A DNA stretch of 57,128 nt, taken from contig JBIKOV010000001.1 of the NCBI GenBank assembly GCA_044357815.1, positions 1 through 57,128 of the forward strand, written 5' to 3'. The translations under genes and the position numbers were made by a program. Of the stretch, positions 37,691 through 46,814 are shown in pieces; positions within the stretch are counted from its first letter, which is position 1; the number at the start of each line of letters is the position of its first letter. The notes beneath the pieces were generated by a model. That model saw nothing but the letters and a program-made list of their open reading frames with translations. It did no database searches and was not told the DNA's origin. The stretch comes from Ferruginibacter sp. GTDB taxonomy: Bacteria; Bacteroidota; Bacteroidia; Chitinophagales; Chitinophagaceae.

Positions 37691-39365
37691 TTAAATTGTT
37701 TTTATTTTTTAACTGTGAATTTTTAATAATTTCCTGTTTCCCTATATCCGGGGTTTTATGCTGAAAATCTTGATAATATGATTGAAGCAAGTCGATCTCA
37801 GTAATATATTTCTTGTCATTGATTTGATTGTTAATTTCCAGTGTATCTGATTTTCGAATAAAAAACTGATTGCCAAAAGACCTGAAATCAAATTTTCTAT
37901 TTGCATCCATTGGATCAAGCATGATTCCGAGCTTATACTCTTTAGAAATAATTGTTGCTTGAGACCAACTTTCTGATACGAAGTATTTTCTTTTAAATGA
38001 CTTGCCTTTGGTTAATGTGTTTGCAAATGACTGACCTTGAATGGGATATTTTAATACTGGCATTTTGAGACCAATTAATTCTACCAATGTTGGGAAAACA
38101 TCCACCAGACTTACCAACTCTGCTACTCTTTTCCCATTTTGATTATTTCCAGGAATACGAATAATTAAAGGAATATTTAAAATGTCTTCGTAAACATTTT
38201 GACCCATTGCTGCTTTTTCAGCCATGCCATGATTACCTACAAAATCACCATGATCTGTTGTATAAATAACAATGGTTTCTTCTGCAATTCCAGCCTCATC
38301 TAAAGCTTTTAGTATTTCACCAACACAATGATCAACTTCGGACACAAGCGCATAATAAGCTCCTACATAATTTCGCCATAGTTGCTCATCAGTGTAAGCT
38401 TTATCTACATTCCAAACTTTGTTCCCTCCCTCCCGGATAGTTTGCATCATTGGAGGGATGTTTTCTTTGGACTCGTATAAGTTTGTTGGTTTTTTTATAG
38501 CGCTTTCTTTATTAGTTCCCTCACCCCAGGCAGACACATCATACATCTCCATGTATTTTTTCAAAGGGGTATAGGGTTGATGAGGCCTGTAAAAAGTTGC
38601 CCAGCAAAAGAAAGGATTTTCGGTCCTGGCTTGCTTTTTTATCACTTCAATAGTTAGCATGGTTGTAAATGCTTCCATAGTCATATTTTCAGGTAATGCT
38701 GAAATGCGTGTACCCAAATCAGCAATTGGAATTTTTTCCTTGGCATACATAGAACAATCCGATCCCCTGCCGAATTCGGCTGCCCAATCATTTGCAAACG
38801 CTTTCCCATATCCATTTTTTTCTACCCATTCTGTATAGCTGTTCCCCGGAGTTTCATTGCATAAATGACTTTGCTGAAAATCCCAGCCGGCGTCAATAGC
38901 CCCGCTTATATGGCGCTTTCCAAAGGCATAGGTTGTATAATTGTTTTGTCTAAAGACTGATGCTAAAGAAACCACGTCATTAATAACGCTTGTTTGTTCA
39001 CTATTAGAAAGCAGACCCATAGTTCTGGGATAAAGACCCGTCATTAGTGAAGACCTGGAAGGAACACAAATACCCGTTGCACAATATGCACGGTCGAATA
39101 CCACAGACTGCTTGGCCAATCTATCTAAATTTGGCGTAATAACATCAGGGTGTCCTTCGAATCCCATTACCTTTTTATTATGCTGATCAGAAAAAAGTAT
39201 TATTACATTGGGTTTTTTCTTTTTAAGTTTTAGTTCAGTTAATTTTTCTGTTTGTAAATTGCGCTGATTGTTACCTGGTGTAGTATTTTGTGCATGTGCC
39301 GCGTGAAAATTAACTGCTATCAACAACATCAATGCTTTTTCAAGTATTTTAATTAATAGATTCAT
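37686..39365 (-). CDS. S1 sulfatase (Cys-type)
   Basis: PNVIILFSDQH, ICVPSRSSLMTG, GKRH, PHQPY, DHGD. Confidence 0.92.
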   Translation of the reverse strand: MNLLIKILEKALMLLIAVNFHAAHAQNTTPGNNQRNLQTEKLTELKLKKKKPNVIILFSDQHNKKVMGFEGHPDVITPNLDRLAKQSVVFDRAYCATGICVPSRSSLMTGLYPRTMGLLSNSEQTSVINDVVSLASVFRQNNYTTYAFGKRHISGAIDAGWDFQQSHLCNETPGNSYTEWVEKNGYGKAFANDWAAEFGRGSDCSMYAKEKIPIADLGTRISALPENMTMEAFTTMLTIEVIKKQARTENPFFCWATFYRPHQPYTPLKKYMEMYDVSAWGEGTNKESAIKKPTNLYESKENIPPMMQTIREGGNKVWNVDKAYTDEQLWRNYVGAYYALVSEVDHCVGEILKALDEAGIAEETIVIYTTDHGDFVGNHGMAEKAAMGQNVYEDILNIPLIIRIPGNNQNGKRVAELVSLVDVFPTLVELIGLKMPVLKYPIQGQSFANTLTKGKSFKRKYFVSESWSQATIISKEYKLGIMLDPMDANRKFDFRSFGNQFFIRKSDTLEINNQINDKKYITEIDLLQSYYQDFQHKTPDIGKQEIIKNSQLKNKNNLK

Positions 39366-39428
39366 TCAACTTTTTTATCAATCTGTTTATATCAATTTTT
39401 TTTCAACTCAGTGTTTGCTATATACGCT

Positions 39429-41045
39429 TTAATTGCCTGCAACCAAATTACGATTTTTAACCCCTTCATAATGGATGGACTTATGTTGTTTTAACCAACT
39501 TAACAAATCATCTCGTAATTCATTTGCTTTAGCAGAATATTTTTTTCTACCTGGATTTTCCCCTATCAAATTATTAATTTCGTATGGATCATCTTTCAAA
39601 TTATAGAGTACATTCATTACGGTTGATTCTGCTGTGTAGGGAACAAACATTTTAAAATTGTCTTTTATGATCATATATGCGGGTTGCTTATCTTCGTTAT
39701 ACAACCATTCTGTTACTACAAATTGACCATGCGATTTATCTGTTCCTTCAATCAGCCCGCGTAAGCTTTTTCCATCAGAAGGCTGTTCGGGCATTTGTAA
39801 ATAATCGTTGATTGTTGCAAACAAATCAATTGTGGATACATACCCTTTTACTGTAGTTTTTGATTTAATTTTTTTGGGTAGTCGAATCATTAATGGAATA
39901 TGTGCAGATTCTTCATAAAACACATTCTTCTCGCGCATCCCATGTGCACCAAGCATCTCACCGTGGTCGCTGGTAAAAATAACAAGTGTGTTTTCAGACA
40001 AACCTAGTTCATCTAGCTTACCTAGTATTTTACCAACCCAATCGTCAATTTCTTTTACAAGTCCATAATAATTTGCAATCATGTATTTTATTTTTTCAGG
40101 ATCTGCATATTCTGTATGGGTTAATCTGCCATTCTGACTTCGATAAGGGGAGTTCAACATGGGGTCTGCAATACTTGCTGGGACAGGCATGTCTTTAACG
40201 GTATACATTTCTGAATATGGTTTAACTGGAAGCATTGGAGCGTGCGGAAAATGAAAGGAACAAGTAATACTAAAAGTGTTGTTTTTATTTCTTTCCAATG
40301 CTTCAATAATTTGTTTGGCCTGAAATGCAGTGAATGAGTTTTCTGCAGGCGTTTGTAGTTCTCCATGAAGATCTGGCTGAGTATATTTTCTATTTAACAA
40401 TTTTACTTGTTCTTCAGTCATTCCATATCTTTTATCCAATGGATTCATCAGGTATGGCTGCTCCGTAAAGCTATCAAACAATTCTACCGGTTTCAATTTT
40501 GCATTTGGATAAATTGGTTTTAAATAATCCATGTATAAAGCTGTTAGCTGCCCCGGTGCAAAAACAGATTTCCCATTAGATGATTTTAATTGAGGATTCC
40601 GGTATACTTCCGAATGAAACTCAGGACTATGCCATTTCCCATAATACTCGCAGCGGTATCCATTTTTGCTTAACAACTCATCAAATGTTGACATTGGCAT
40701 TCTGCCAGTTTCCTTTGTTGAGTAAGCAATTTCATTGGTGATTATCTGGTGATTTTCTACTGTAGCCCCAGTTAAAATTGACGCGCGAGTAGGGGCACAA
40801 ACAGCACATTGGGTATACGCGTTTTTAAACCAGACTCCCTGTTTAGCAAGGCGGTCGATATTGGGTGTCTCCAATATTTTATTACCCGCTAAACTTAACG
40901 CATCAAAACGAAGTTGGTCGGTGATGATAAAAAGAAAGTTTTGTTTTTTAGGCACTTGTGCCTGAATGTTTAACAAGGATAATAAAACAAATCCAAGAAG
41001 GATCATTTTTCGATGCCATTTATGTATACTTCTATATTTTATCAT
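39429..41045 (-). CDS. S1 sulfatase (Cys-type)
   Basis: NFLFIITDQLR, VCAPTRASILTG, GKWH, PHAP, SDHGE. Confidence 0.92.
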   Translation of the reverse strand: MIKYRSIHKWHRKMILLGFVLLSLLNIQAQVPKKQNFLFIITDQLRFDALSLAGNKILETPNIDRLAKQGVWFKNAYTQCAVCAPTRASILTGATVENHQIITNEIAYSTKETGRMPMSTFDELLSKNGYRCEYYGKWHSPEFHSEVYRNPQLKSSNGKSVFAPGQLTALYMDYLKPIYPNAKLKPVELFDSFTEQPYLMNPLDKRYGMTEEQVKLLNRKYTQPDLHGELQTPAENSFTAFQAKQIIEALERNKNNTFSITCSFHFPHAPMLPVKPYSEMYTVKDMPVPASIADPMLNSPYRSQNGRLTHTEYADPEKIKYMIANYYGLVKEIDDWVGKILGKLDELGLSENTLVIFTSDHGEMLGAHGMREKNVFYEESAHIPLMIRLPKKIKSKTTVKGYVSTIDLFATINDYLQMPEQPSDGKSLRGLIEGTDKSHGQFVVTEWLYNEDKQPAYMIIKDNFKMFVPYTAESTVMNVLYNLKDDPYEINNLIGENPGRKKYSAKANELRDDLLSWLKQHKSIHYEGVKNRNLVAGN

Positions 41046-41124
41046 CCTGATGATGCATTTTAAGTGTATTACTAATACTTTTCATTGTGTTGAAAATCTA
41101 TTCTTTTGAACTTTTTAACTACTA

Positions 41125-43254
41125 TCAATTTAATTTTGATAATTCCATCAATTTTGAATCCTGCATCTTTTCGCGATAGAAAGTAACAGATTGAATCAAG
41201 CCTTTATAAGAATGAACTGAAACGCCATTCGGATCAATCATGTCTCCTGAATCCTGTCCTAAATAAATATCTCCAGCAATGGATTTAATAGATTGTATTG
41301 GTAGTAACATTTTCCGCTGCCCTATTAATTTTCCATCGGCAAAAAACTTAATAATGTTACTATAGTTTTCAATTACTGCTATAAGATGCGACCATTTATT
41401 AATAATTTCTGATGCACCATCAATAAACTGAAGATGTTGATCATGAGCTACCACAAAACCAGGTACTCCATTTTCTAAAAAGAGTGCCCAACCATCTTTT
41501 TTTGATCCGCATGAAGCAATAATCCCATCAGGGGATTCTGGTTTAATCAGACATTCAATAACAAAAGTGCCTTTTGAAGGATCTAAATCCTGTCTGGCTT
41601 TTATGATTGTTGTGGCACCGTCATTAAAATTTCCACTAGCTCCTCTTTGATCTTTATTCAGTACTACCCCCTGGAAATGGATATTATTTTCCGGTTGGGA
41701 ATCAAATGCAGTATTTCCAAAATCAATCGAAAGTAGTTTTCCTGTTTTCACATTTCCTAAGAGTTCAGCATCTGGTCTTGGTATCTCAGCTTTATAGCCT
41801 GTTTCTTTTTTAAGTTGCTCAAGTTCTGTTTTTAATCGGCTTTCAATTGCCGAAAATGCTGGTTTCTTTGCAAGATTGTATAATTCAGCCGGGTCATTAA
41901 CAACATCATACAACTCATCAATGTCATTCAAATCGGGGGTAGTTGAATACAAGTATTTTTCTGTTCGAATAGCTGTTATTCGAGGAATAAAATGAATAAG
42001 ATCTTTCCAGTAAGTGAATAAAAACGACTTTCTCCAATTCTCATTCTTCCCATGTAATAATGGGACTACACTTTTCCCTTGCATTTGTGCAGGAATTGAA
42101 ACACCAGCCATTTCAAGAAAGGTAGGGGCAATGTCGGCGTTGAGTATCATTTCTGAAATCGTCAGATTGGCGTTTGCAAATTTTGGATAACGCATTACTA
42201 AAGGGATTCGCATGGATTCGTTATATGCCAGACGTTTATCTCCCAACCCATGTTCTCCATGAAAATACCCGTTATCTCCGGCAAATACTATAATTGTATT
42301 GTCTAAAATTCCTTTTTGCTTTAATAAATCATAAATTTCTCCCAGTCCATCATCCACTGCAGTGAGTGATCGCAGGTAATCTTTTTGCCTTCCTATTCCT
42401 GTTTTTGCAGGCCAAGGAGCAGGCTGACGACTTTTTTGAGGAATTATTTTAGACAGGTCTTTTTCCCTCAAGCGACGTCGTTGATCTTGATTCATCACAG
42501 TTCTTTGCCAGGCTGGTTTATTTTCCATATTATCGAGCCAACTTGCAGGTTCAGGAACCGAATCAGTGATGAATAAATTTTTGTCTCGATCAGCCGGAGT
42601 AAATGGCTCATGCACTGCTTTGTGTGACAAATAAACACAAAATGGTTTATCTGCATTTTTATCGATAAAATTCAAAGTATATTTAGTCAGTTCGTCTGTG
42701 ATATAACCCTCATTCCGAATACTTTTTCCATTAATATTCAGGTCATTGCCAAAGTACTGACCTTGCCCCGGAAAGCTGCACCAGTAATCCCATCCTTTTC
42801 TGGGTTCATTACTTTCTGCCATATGCCATTTACCAATAAAAGCTGTTTCATATCCTTCGCCCTGAAGTATTTGCCCAAATGAACGCGTTTTGTCTGGATT
42901 TAATTCGCGGCCTTCTTGATTGGTGTTCACTCCATTAGTTTGAGGAAACATCCCGGTTAAAAAAGTTGCCCGCGAAGGGGCACAGAGAGAGTTCGTGCAA
43001 AAGGCATTTTTGAAATGTACCCCTTCATTACGAAGCTGATCAATATGGGGAGTTTTCAGAAATGGATACCGCCCCATAAACCCCATAGCATCCCACCTTA
43101 AATCATCAACCAGCACAAAAATTATATTTGGCTTTTTTGGTTTCTGTTGTTTTTGCTGTCCTTCACCCACAACTGGCATCCAAAAAAGGAAAGAAAGAAT
43201 GCAGATTGAATAAATAAGTTTAAATGAGTTCATTATTGGTTGTTTAGTTTCCAT
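41125..43254 (-). CDS. S1 sulfatase (Cys-type) with C-terminal LamG/ConA-like domain
   Basis: PNIIFVLVDDLR, LCAPSRATFLTG, GKWH, GDNG; C-terminal FVIECLIKP...GWALFL...WSHLIAV...FFADGK...IYLG. Confidence 0.9.
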   Translation of the reverse strand: METKQPIMNSFKLIYSICILSFLFWMPVVGEGQQKQQKPKKPNIIFVLVDDLRWDAMGFMGRYPFLKTPHIDQLRNEGVHFKNAFCTNSLCAPSRATFLTGMFPQTNGVNTNQEGRELNPDKTRSFGQILQGEGYETAFIGKWHMAESNEPRKGWDYWCSFPGQGQYFGNDLNINGKSIRNEGYITDELTKYTLNFIDKNADKPFCVYLSHKAVHEPFTPADRDKNLFITDSVPEPASWLDNMENKPAWQRTVMNQDQRRRLREKDLSKIIPQKSRQPAPWPAKTGIGRQKDYLRSLTAVDDGLGEIYDLLKQKGILDNTIIVFAGDNGYFHGEHGLGDKRLAYNESMRIPLVMRYPKFANANLTISEMILNADIAPTFLEMAGVSIPAQMQGKSVVPLLHGKNENWRKSFLFTYWKDLIHFIPRITAIRTEKYLYSTTPDLNDIDELYDVVNDPAELYNLAKKPAFSAIESRLKTELEQLKKETGYKAEIPRPDAELLGNVKTGKLLSIDFGNTAFDSQPENNIHFQGVVLNKDQRGASGNFNDGATTIIKARQDLDPSKGTFVIECLIKPESPDGIIASCGSKKDGWALFLENGVPGFVVAHDQHLQFIDGASEIINKWSHLIAVIENYSNIIKFFADGKLIGQRKMLLPIQSIKSIAGDIYLGQDSGDMIDPNGVSVHSYKGLIQSVTFYREKMQDSKLMELSKLN

Positions 43255-43275
43255 TTAAAAAATTTACAATTGAAA

Positions 43276-44574
43276 TTAGTGCTTTGGAACAGTCAAACTC
43301 AAGGGCCTTTCTTTTCTCAGCATTTTCCCGGCTTCGCCAGTAAGCCATAAATAATGATCGCTCGGCATGCCATCCATATTTATGAACTTGGCAATATTGC
43401 TAACGGGTGGTTTATCGCTGCATTTGAAAATGGCAGTACCTTCATTTACTTCGTCGAACATGGCAACATAAAGCATTGTTGCTCCCGAATTAATGGCTGT
43501 TGAAATTTGCTGCCAATAAAATCTTCCCCCTTGTCGGGGAATTGATCCAACTGGCTTAATATCATCTGGAAATTCGGATCGACTTAGGTTGTGCCAGCTA
43601 AATCCGGGGTAAACACAAGGCACATAAGCCACTCCGTTATCCTTGCACCATTTGATATCTGCCAGCATCACGTCCCGATAGCGATCCATATCATTGTGGA
43701 GTAAAGGTGAAAATCGCTGAACAGTCCAAGGCAACACAATATCTGATTGTTTAATCAGTTCATGCAAATAAGGATCTGTATTGCAATCAGCAGTAAGATC
43801 ACGCCAAAAAGTAGGAACCCCTAACATTACTGCACAACCTCCATATTCAGGGTCATTTTTCAAAAAATCAATAAACCTTGTAATTCCAATATTGCGAATA
43901 TTATAAGGACGGTCCGGAAAACCAAGCCCCCAAATGGTTACCAGGGGTTTCCCATTGTGAAAAACGTAAGTTTGTATCCCCGGTTGATTAGTAACCTTTA
44001 GGGAATCAACCAGGTACTTCCAGTCATTAATTAAAACGGAGCAATCTTCGCCGGAGCCTTTGAGGCCTGACAGATCGTACATTACTCCAATGGCTCGTTC
44101 GTATGTTGAAGCAGCCAGTAAAGCGTTGCGCAATACATTGGTAGCACCACTATGACGGGCTTGGGGTTTGGCGGCATTGAAAAACCGTTGCATGAATACA
44201 CCATCAACTCCATACTGCTTCATCCACTTAAAGTGAAGCTCTACCGTACTTTTTTCGTCGGAACTGAAGAAACTAGCCATGTTGCCATCTGCCAGCTTCA
44301 AACCGGTAGGATAGGTTTTTTCATATTCCGTCACATCCGGCCACATATCAATACGAATCTTATTTTCATCAGGATACATAACACCATCTTTTGGCGCACG
44401 AAACCATCCCTGGTAGCCAGCCATTACTAAACCATTATAAGAAGGATATTTCGAGACAGTTGAATGCCTGCTCCTGGCCATTGCGTTTTTTTCGACCTTC
44501 GGATTTTGTGCGTTTGATGTAATTAAACCAACAATCAGCGCCAGAAAAAGTGTACTTTTTTTTGAAAGTTTCAT
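43276..44574 (-). CDS. GH71/GH99-like glycoside hydrolase (secreted)
   Basis: VMAGYQGWF, DMWPD, HFKWMKQYGVDGVFMQRF, MYDLSG, PGFSWHN, YVAMFDEVNEGTAI (ExxE). Confidence 0.85.
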   Translation of the reverse strand: MKLSKKSTLFLALIVGLITSNAQNPKVEKNAMARSRHSTVSKYPSYNGLVMAGYQGWFRAPKDGVMYPDENKIRIDMWPDVTEYEKTYPTGLKLADGNMASFFSSDEKSTVELHFKWMKQYGVDGVFMQRFFNAAKPQARHSGATNVLRNALLAASTYERAIGVMYDLSGLKGSGEDCSVLINDWKYLVDSLKVTNQPGIQTYVFHNGKPLVTIWGLGFPDRPYNIRNIGITRFIDFLKNDPEYGGCAVMLGVPTFWRDLTADCNTDPYLHELIKQSDIVLPWTVQRFSPLLHNDMDRYRDVMLADIKWCKDNGVAYVPCVYPGFSWHNLSRSEFPDDIKPVGSIPRQGGRFYWQQISTAINSGATMLYVAMFDEVNEGTAIFKCSDKPPVSNIAKFINMDGMPSDHYLWLTGEAGKMLRKERPLSLTVPKH

Positions 44575-44655
44575 TGTTTTTATTTTTGAATGATTCCGTT
44601 GTATTTCAGCCTGGTTTTACAAATCAATTGCACTCAACAACTATTGGCAACTTGT

Positions 44656-44905
44656 TTACTTCATTGGAGAAACTGCATTTTTCCCCCAATCCTTATTTGG
44701 CGTATTACTCATTATTAACTCCAATGTACCACCTGCTATTAATTGCTCATGGGTAAAGAATGGCAAGTTGATCTCTTTACCATTATAGAAAGCATTTATT
44801 TTCTTTATTTGCCCCTTAATCAATTTATGTAAATCGTTTTTTATTAGGTAGATTAATTGTAGTTGTCTCAAAAACTGGGCAGTTTAAAAGAATAAAGTTT
44901 CCCTT
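44656..44905 (-). pseudogene. C-terminal remnant of a GH92 alpha-mannosidase
   Basis: LNCPVFETTTINL (different frame) then YNGKEINLPFFTHEQLIAGGTLELIMSNTPNKDWG, typical of the GH92 C-terminus. Confidence 0.75.
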
Positions 44906-45123
44906 TTTTATGAATGGCTAAAGCTAATTTCATGCAAGCAAGCTTTTGATTATAATAAATAAAAATATTTTTACCTTCATAATAGAAGCACTAATAAAAA
45001 CAATCTCTTTCGTGAGATTTTTTTTGGTATAGTTTGTTAATGATGTGACAGCTTATGCATTATAGACTGATATTATTGAATGATTGTCCAAAATTTTCTC
45101 TTTAAACACAGATTTTGCAGTTG

Positions 45124-45170
45124 TTTAAACAGTTTAAACATGCAAAAGATGCATGGTTAAACTGTTTAAA
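45124..45170. terminator. Long hairpin just downstream of susD (terminator or mRNA stabiliser)
   Basis: tttaaacagtttaaacatgca-aaaga-tgcatggttaaactgtttaaa, 21-bp arms with one mismatch. Confidence 0.65.
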
Positions 45171-45187
45171 GTATTAAGAAAAAAGGA

Positions 45188-46765
45188 TCAATAACCGATA
45201 TTCTGTTTCCAGCTTGGATTTCTTGACATTTCTGCAAAAGGAATAGGAGCAAGATATTTCGTGCTAAAATCTGTACCAGCTGGAATTGGATTTTCAAGTG
45301 GAGAACGGGCTGCTACAATTTGCGGAAGCATTTGCAGACGCTGAATATCAAACCAACGCATACCAAGCGCGAATTCTCCCGCAAATTCATAGGCTCTTTC
45401 AAACACAACTGAATCCCTGAACGCGGTTTTGGAAAGTCCGGGCGTAAGGTTGGGTAAACCAGCCCGGGTCCTCACCTGGTTCACAGCAGCATAACCTTCA
45501 GTAGTAGGCCCAGCGCCAGCCATTGTAGAAGCTTCAGCAAAAATGAGCAACATTTGCGGGTATCGGAGAAGGATTGTTTCCTTATTTGTACTTTGCGCAA
45601 TAGATTCAATGCTTGTAGCTGTTTCATTTACAGCATCGCCAACCCCTCCGGTAACCAATCCGGCCCTGAATTTTTTATAATATGGGTGACCAGTAGCGGT
45701 TGAAGGAGAGTTCCAGGGAACTAGGTTCCAGGTGAAGTTGGGAGAGGCCCCTGTGCGCAATTTAAGCGTAGTATAGAAGGTAGCATCCGTTCTGGTGCAG
45801 GCGGGTGCGTTCAGGAAGAAATTGATTTCAGGAAACATATCGCCAAAGCCAGCAGTACCAGTGCGACTTAATTCTTGTTCTGGTACACTAGTTATAGCGT
45901 TCCTGTTAACAATACCACCAGCTACACTGTATTGCATTGCGAAAATACTTTCGGAGCTGTTATTGGTGGTAAAAACCTGGGCATAAGGCGTACTCAAATT
46001 ATACAATCCGCCATCTATAACCAGTTTAGCCTCGGTTGCAGCCAATGCATAGTTTGCGACTTGATTTAAAGGCCATCCCGCCATGGTAAGATACACATCG
46101 GCCAGTAAGGCACTGGCTGCACTTTTGTTGGGTTTGCCTTGTGCCTTTGCGGTAGGTAAAAGGGTTTTTGCTTGCTGTAAATCAGCAATGATCAAAGCAT
46201 AAAGTTCTGCCACTGGTTTCCTCGGGAGACTCACACTAGGTTCTATGTTACCTGTTACCATTGGCAACTCGCCAAAAACTCTCACCAGGTAATTATAACA
46301 CAATGCCCTTGCAAAATAGGCGTTACCTGCTGCTTCATTTTTTGCAACAATAGCAGCGGGCGTCCCTTCGGGAACCTGACTGTAATTTGACAGTATACCG
46401 TTTGCCTGATAAATGGCTGCCCAAGGGCCATCCCACTGTGATCTTACGGCATCAATAGTACTACTCCCAGATAACCGATCAAATTCACGTAATTCTCCCT
46501 TGTTCGAACCGGCGTTAGTAGTTAGATCATCTGATCCAAAAAAAGAACATACTCTAAAATTGGTAAACCCCCAAACCGGACCTCTTACCAATCCAGCCCA
46601 CATACCGGCAACAGCCGCATTGAGGTCATTCTGCGTTTTATAATAGCTACCTGGTGTTAGCCTTGCTTTAGGATCTTCAACGAGTTGTTTGCTGCAACCT
46701 ATTATCATGCTGGAAAATACAGCGATGATAAAGATGAAAGTTAATATGGAATTATGTTTTTTCAT
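45188..46765 (-). CDS. susD: SusD/RagB family glycan-binding lipoprotein
   Basis: Lipobox IIGC, AYFARALCY..LVRVFGELP, ALLADVYL, LRYPQMLL, ERAYEFAGE, RWFDIQR, QNIGY C-terminus. Confidence 0.93.
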   Translation of the reverse strand: MKKHNSILTFIFIIAVFSSMIIGCSKQLVEDPKARLTPGSYYKTQNDLNAAVAGMWAGLVRGPVWGFTNFRVCSFFGSDDLTTNAGSNKGELREFDRLSGSSTIDAVRSQWDGPWAAIYQANGILSNYSQVPEGTPAAIVAKNEAAGNAYFARALCYNYLVRVFGELPMVTGNIEPSVSLPRKPVAELYALIIADLQQAKTLLPTAKAQGKPNKSAASALLADVYLTMAGWPLNQVANYALAATEAKLVIDGGLYNLSTPYAQVFTTNNSSESIFAMQYSVAGGIVNRNAITSVPEQELSRTGTAGFGDMFPEINFFLNAPACTRTDATFYTTLKLRTGASPNFTWNLVPWNSPSTATGHPYYKKFRAGLVTGGVGDAVNETATSIESIAQSTNKETILLRYPQMLLIFAEASTMAGAGPTTEGYAAVNQVRTRAGLPNLTPGLSKTAFRDSVVFERAYEFAGEFALGMRWFDIQRLQMLPQIVAARSPLENPIPAGTDFSTKYLAPIPFAEMSRNPSWKQNIGY

Positions 46766-46814
46766 TATTTTAGTTTTTATATCGTTTGATTAATTCTTAG
46801 TAAGCGTATTTTCT

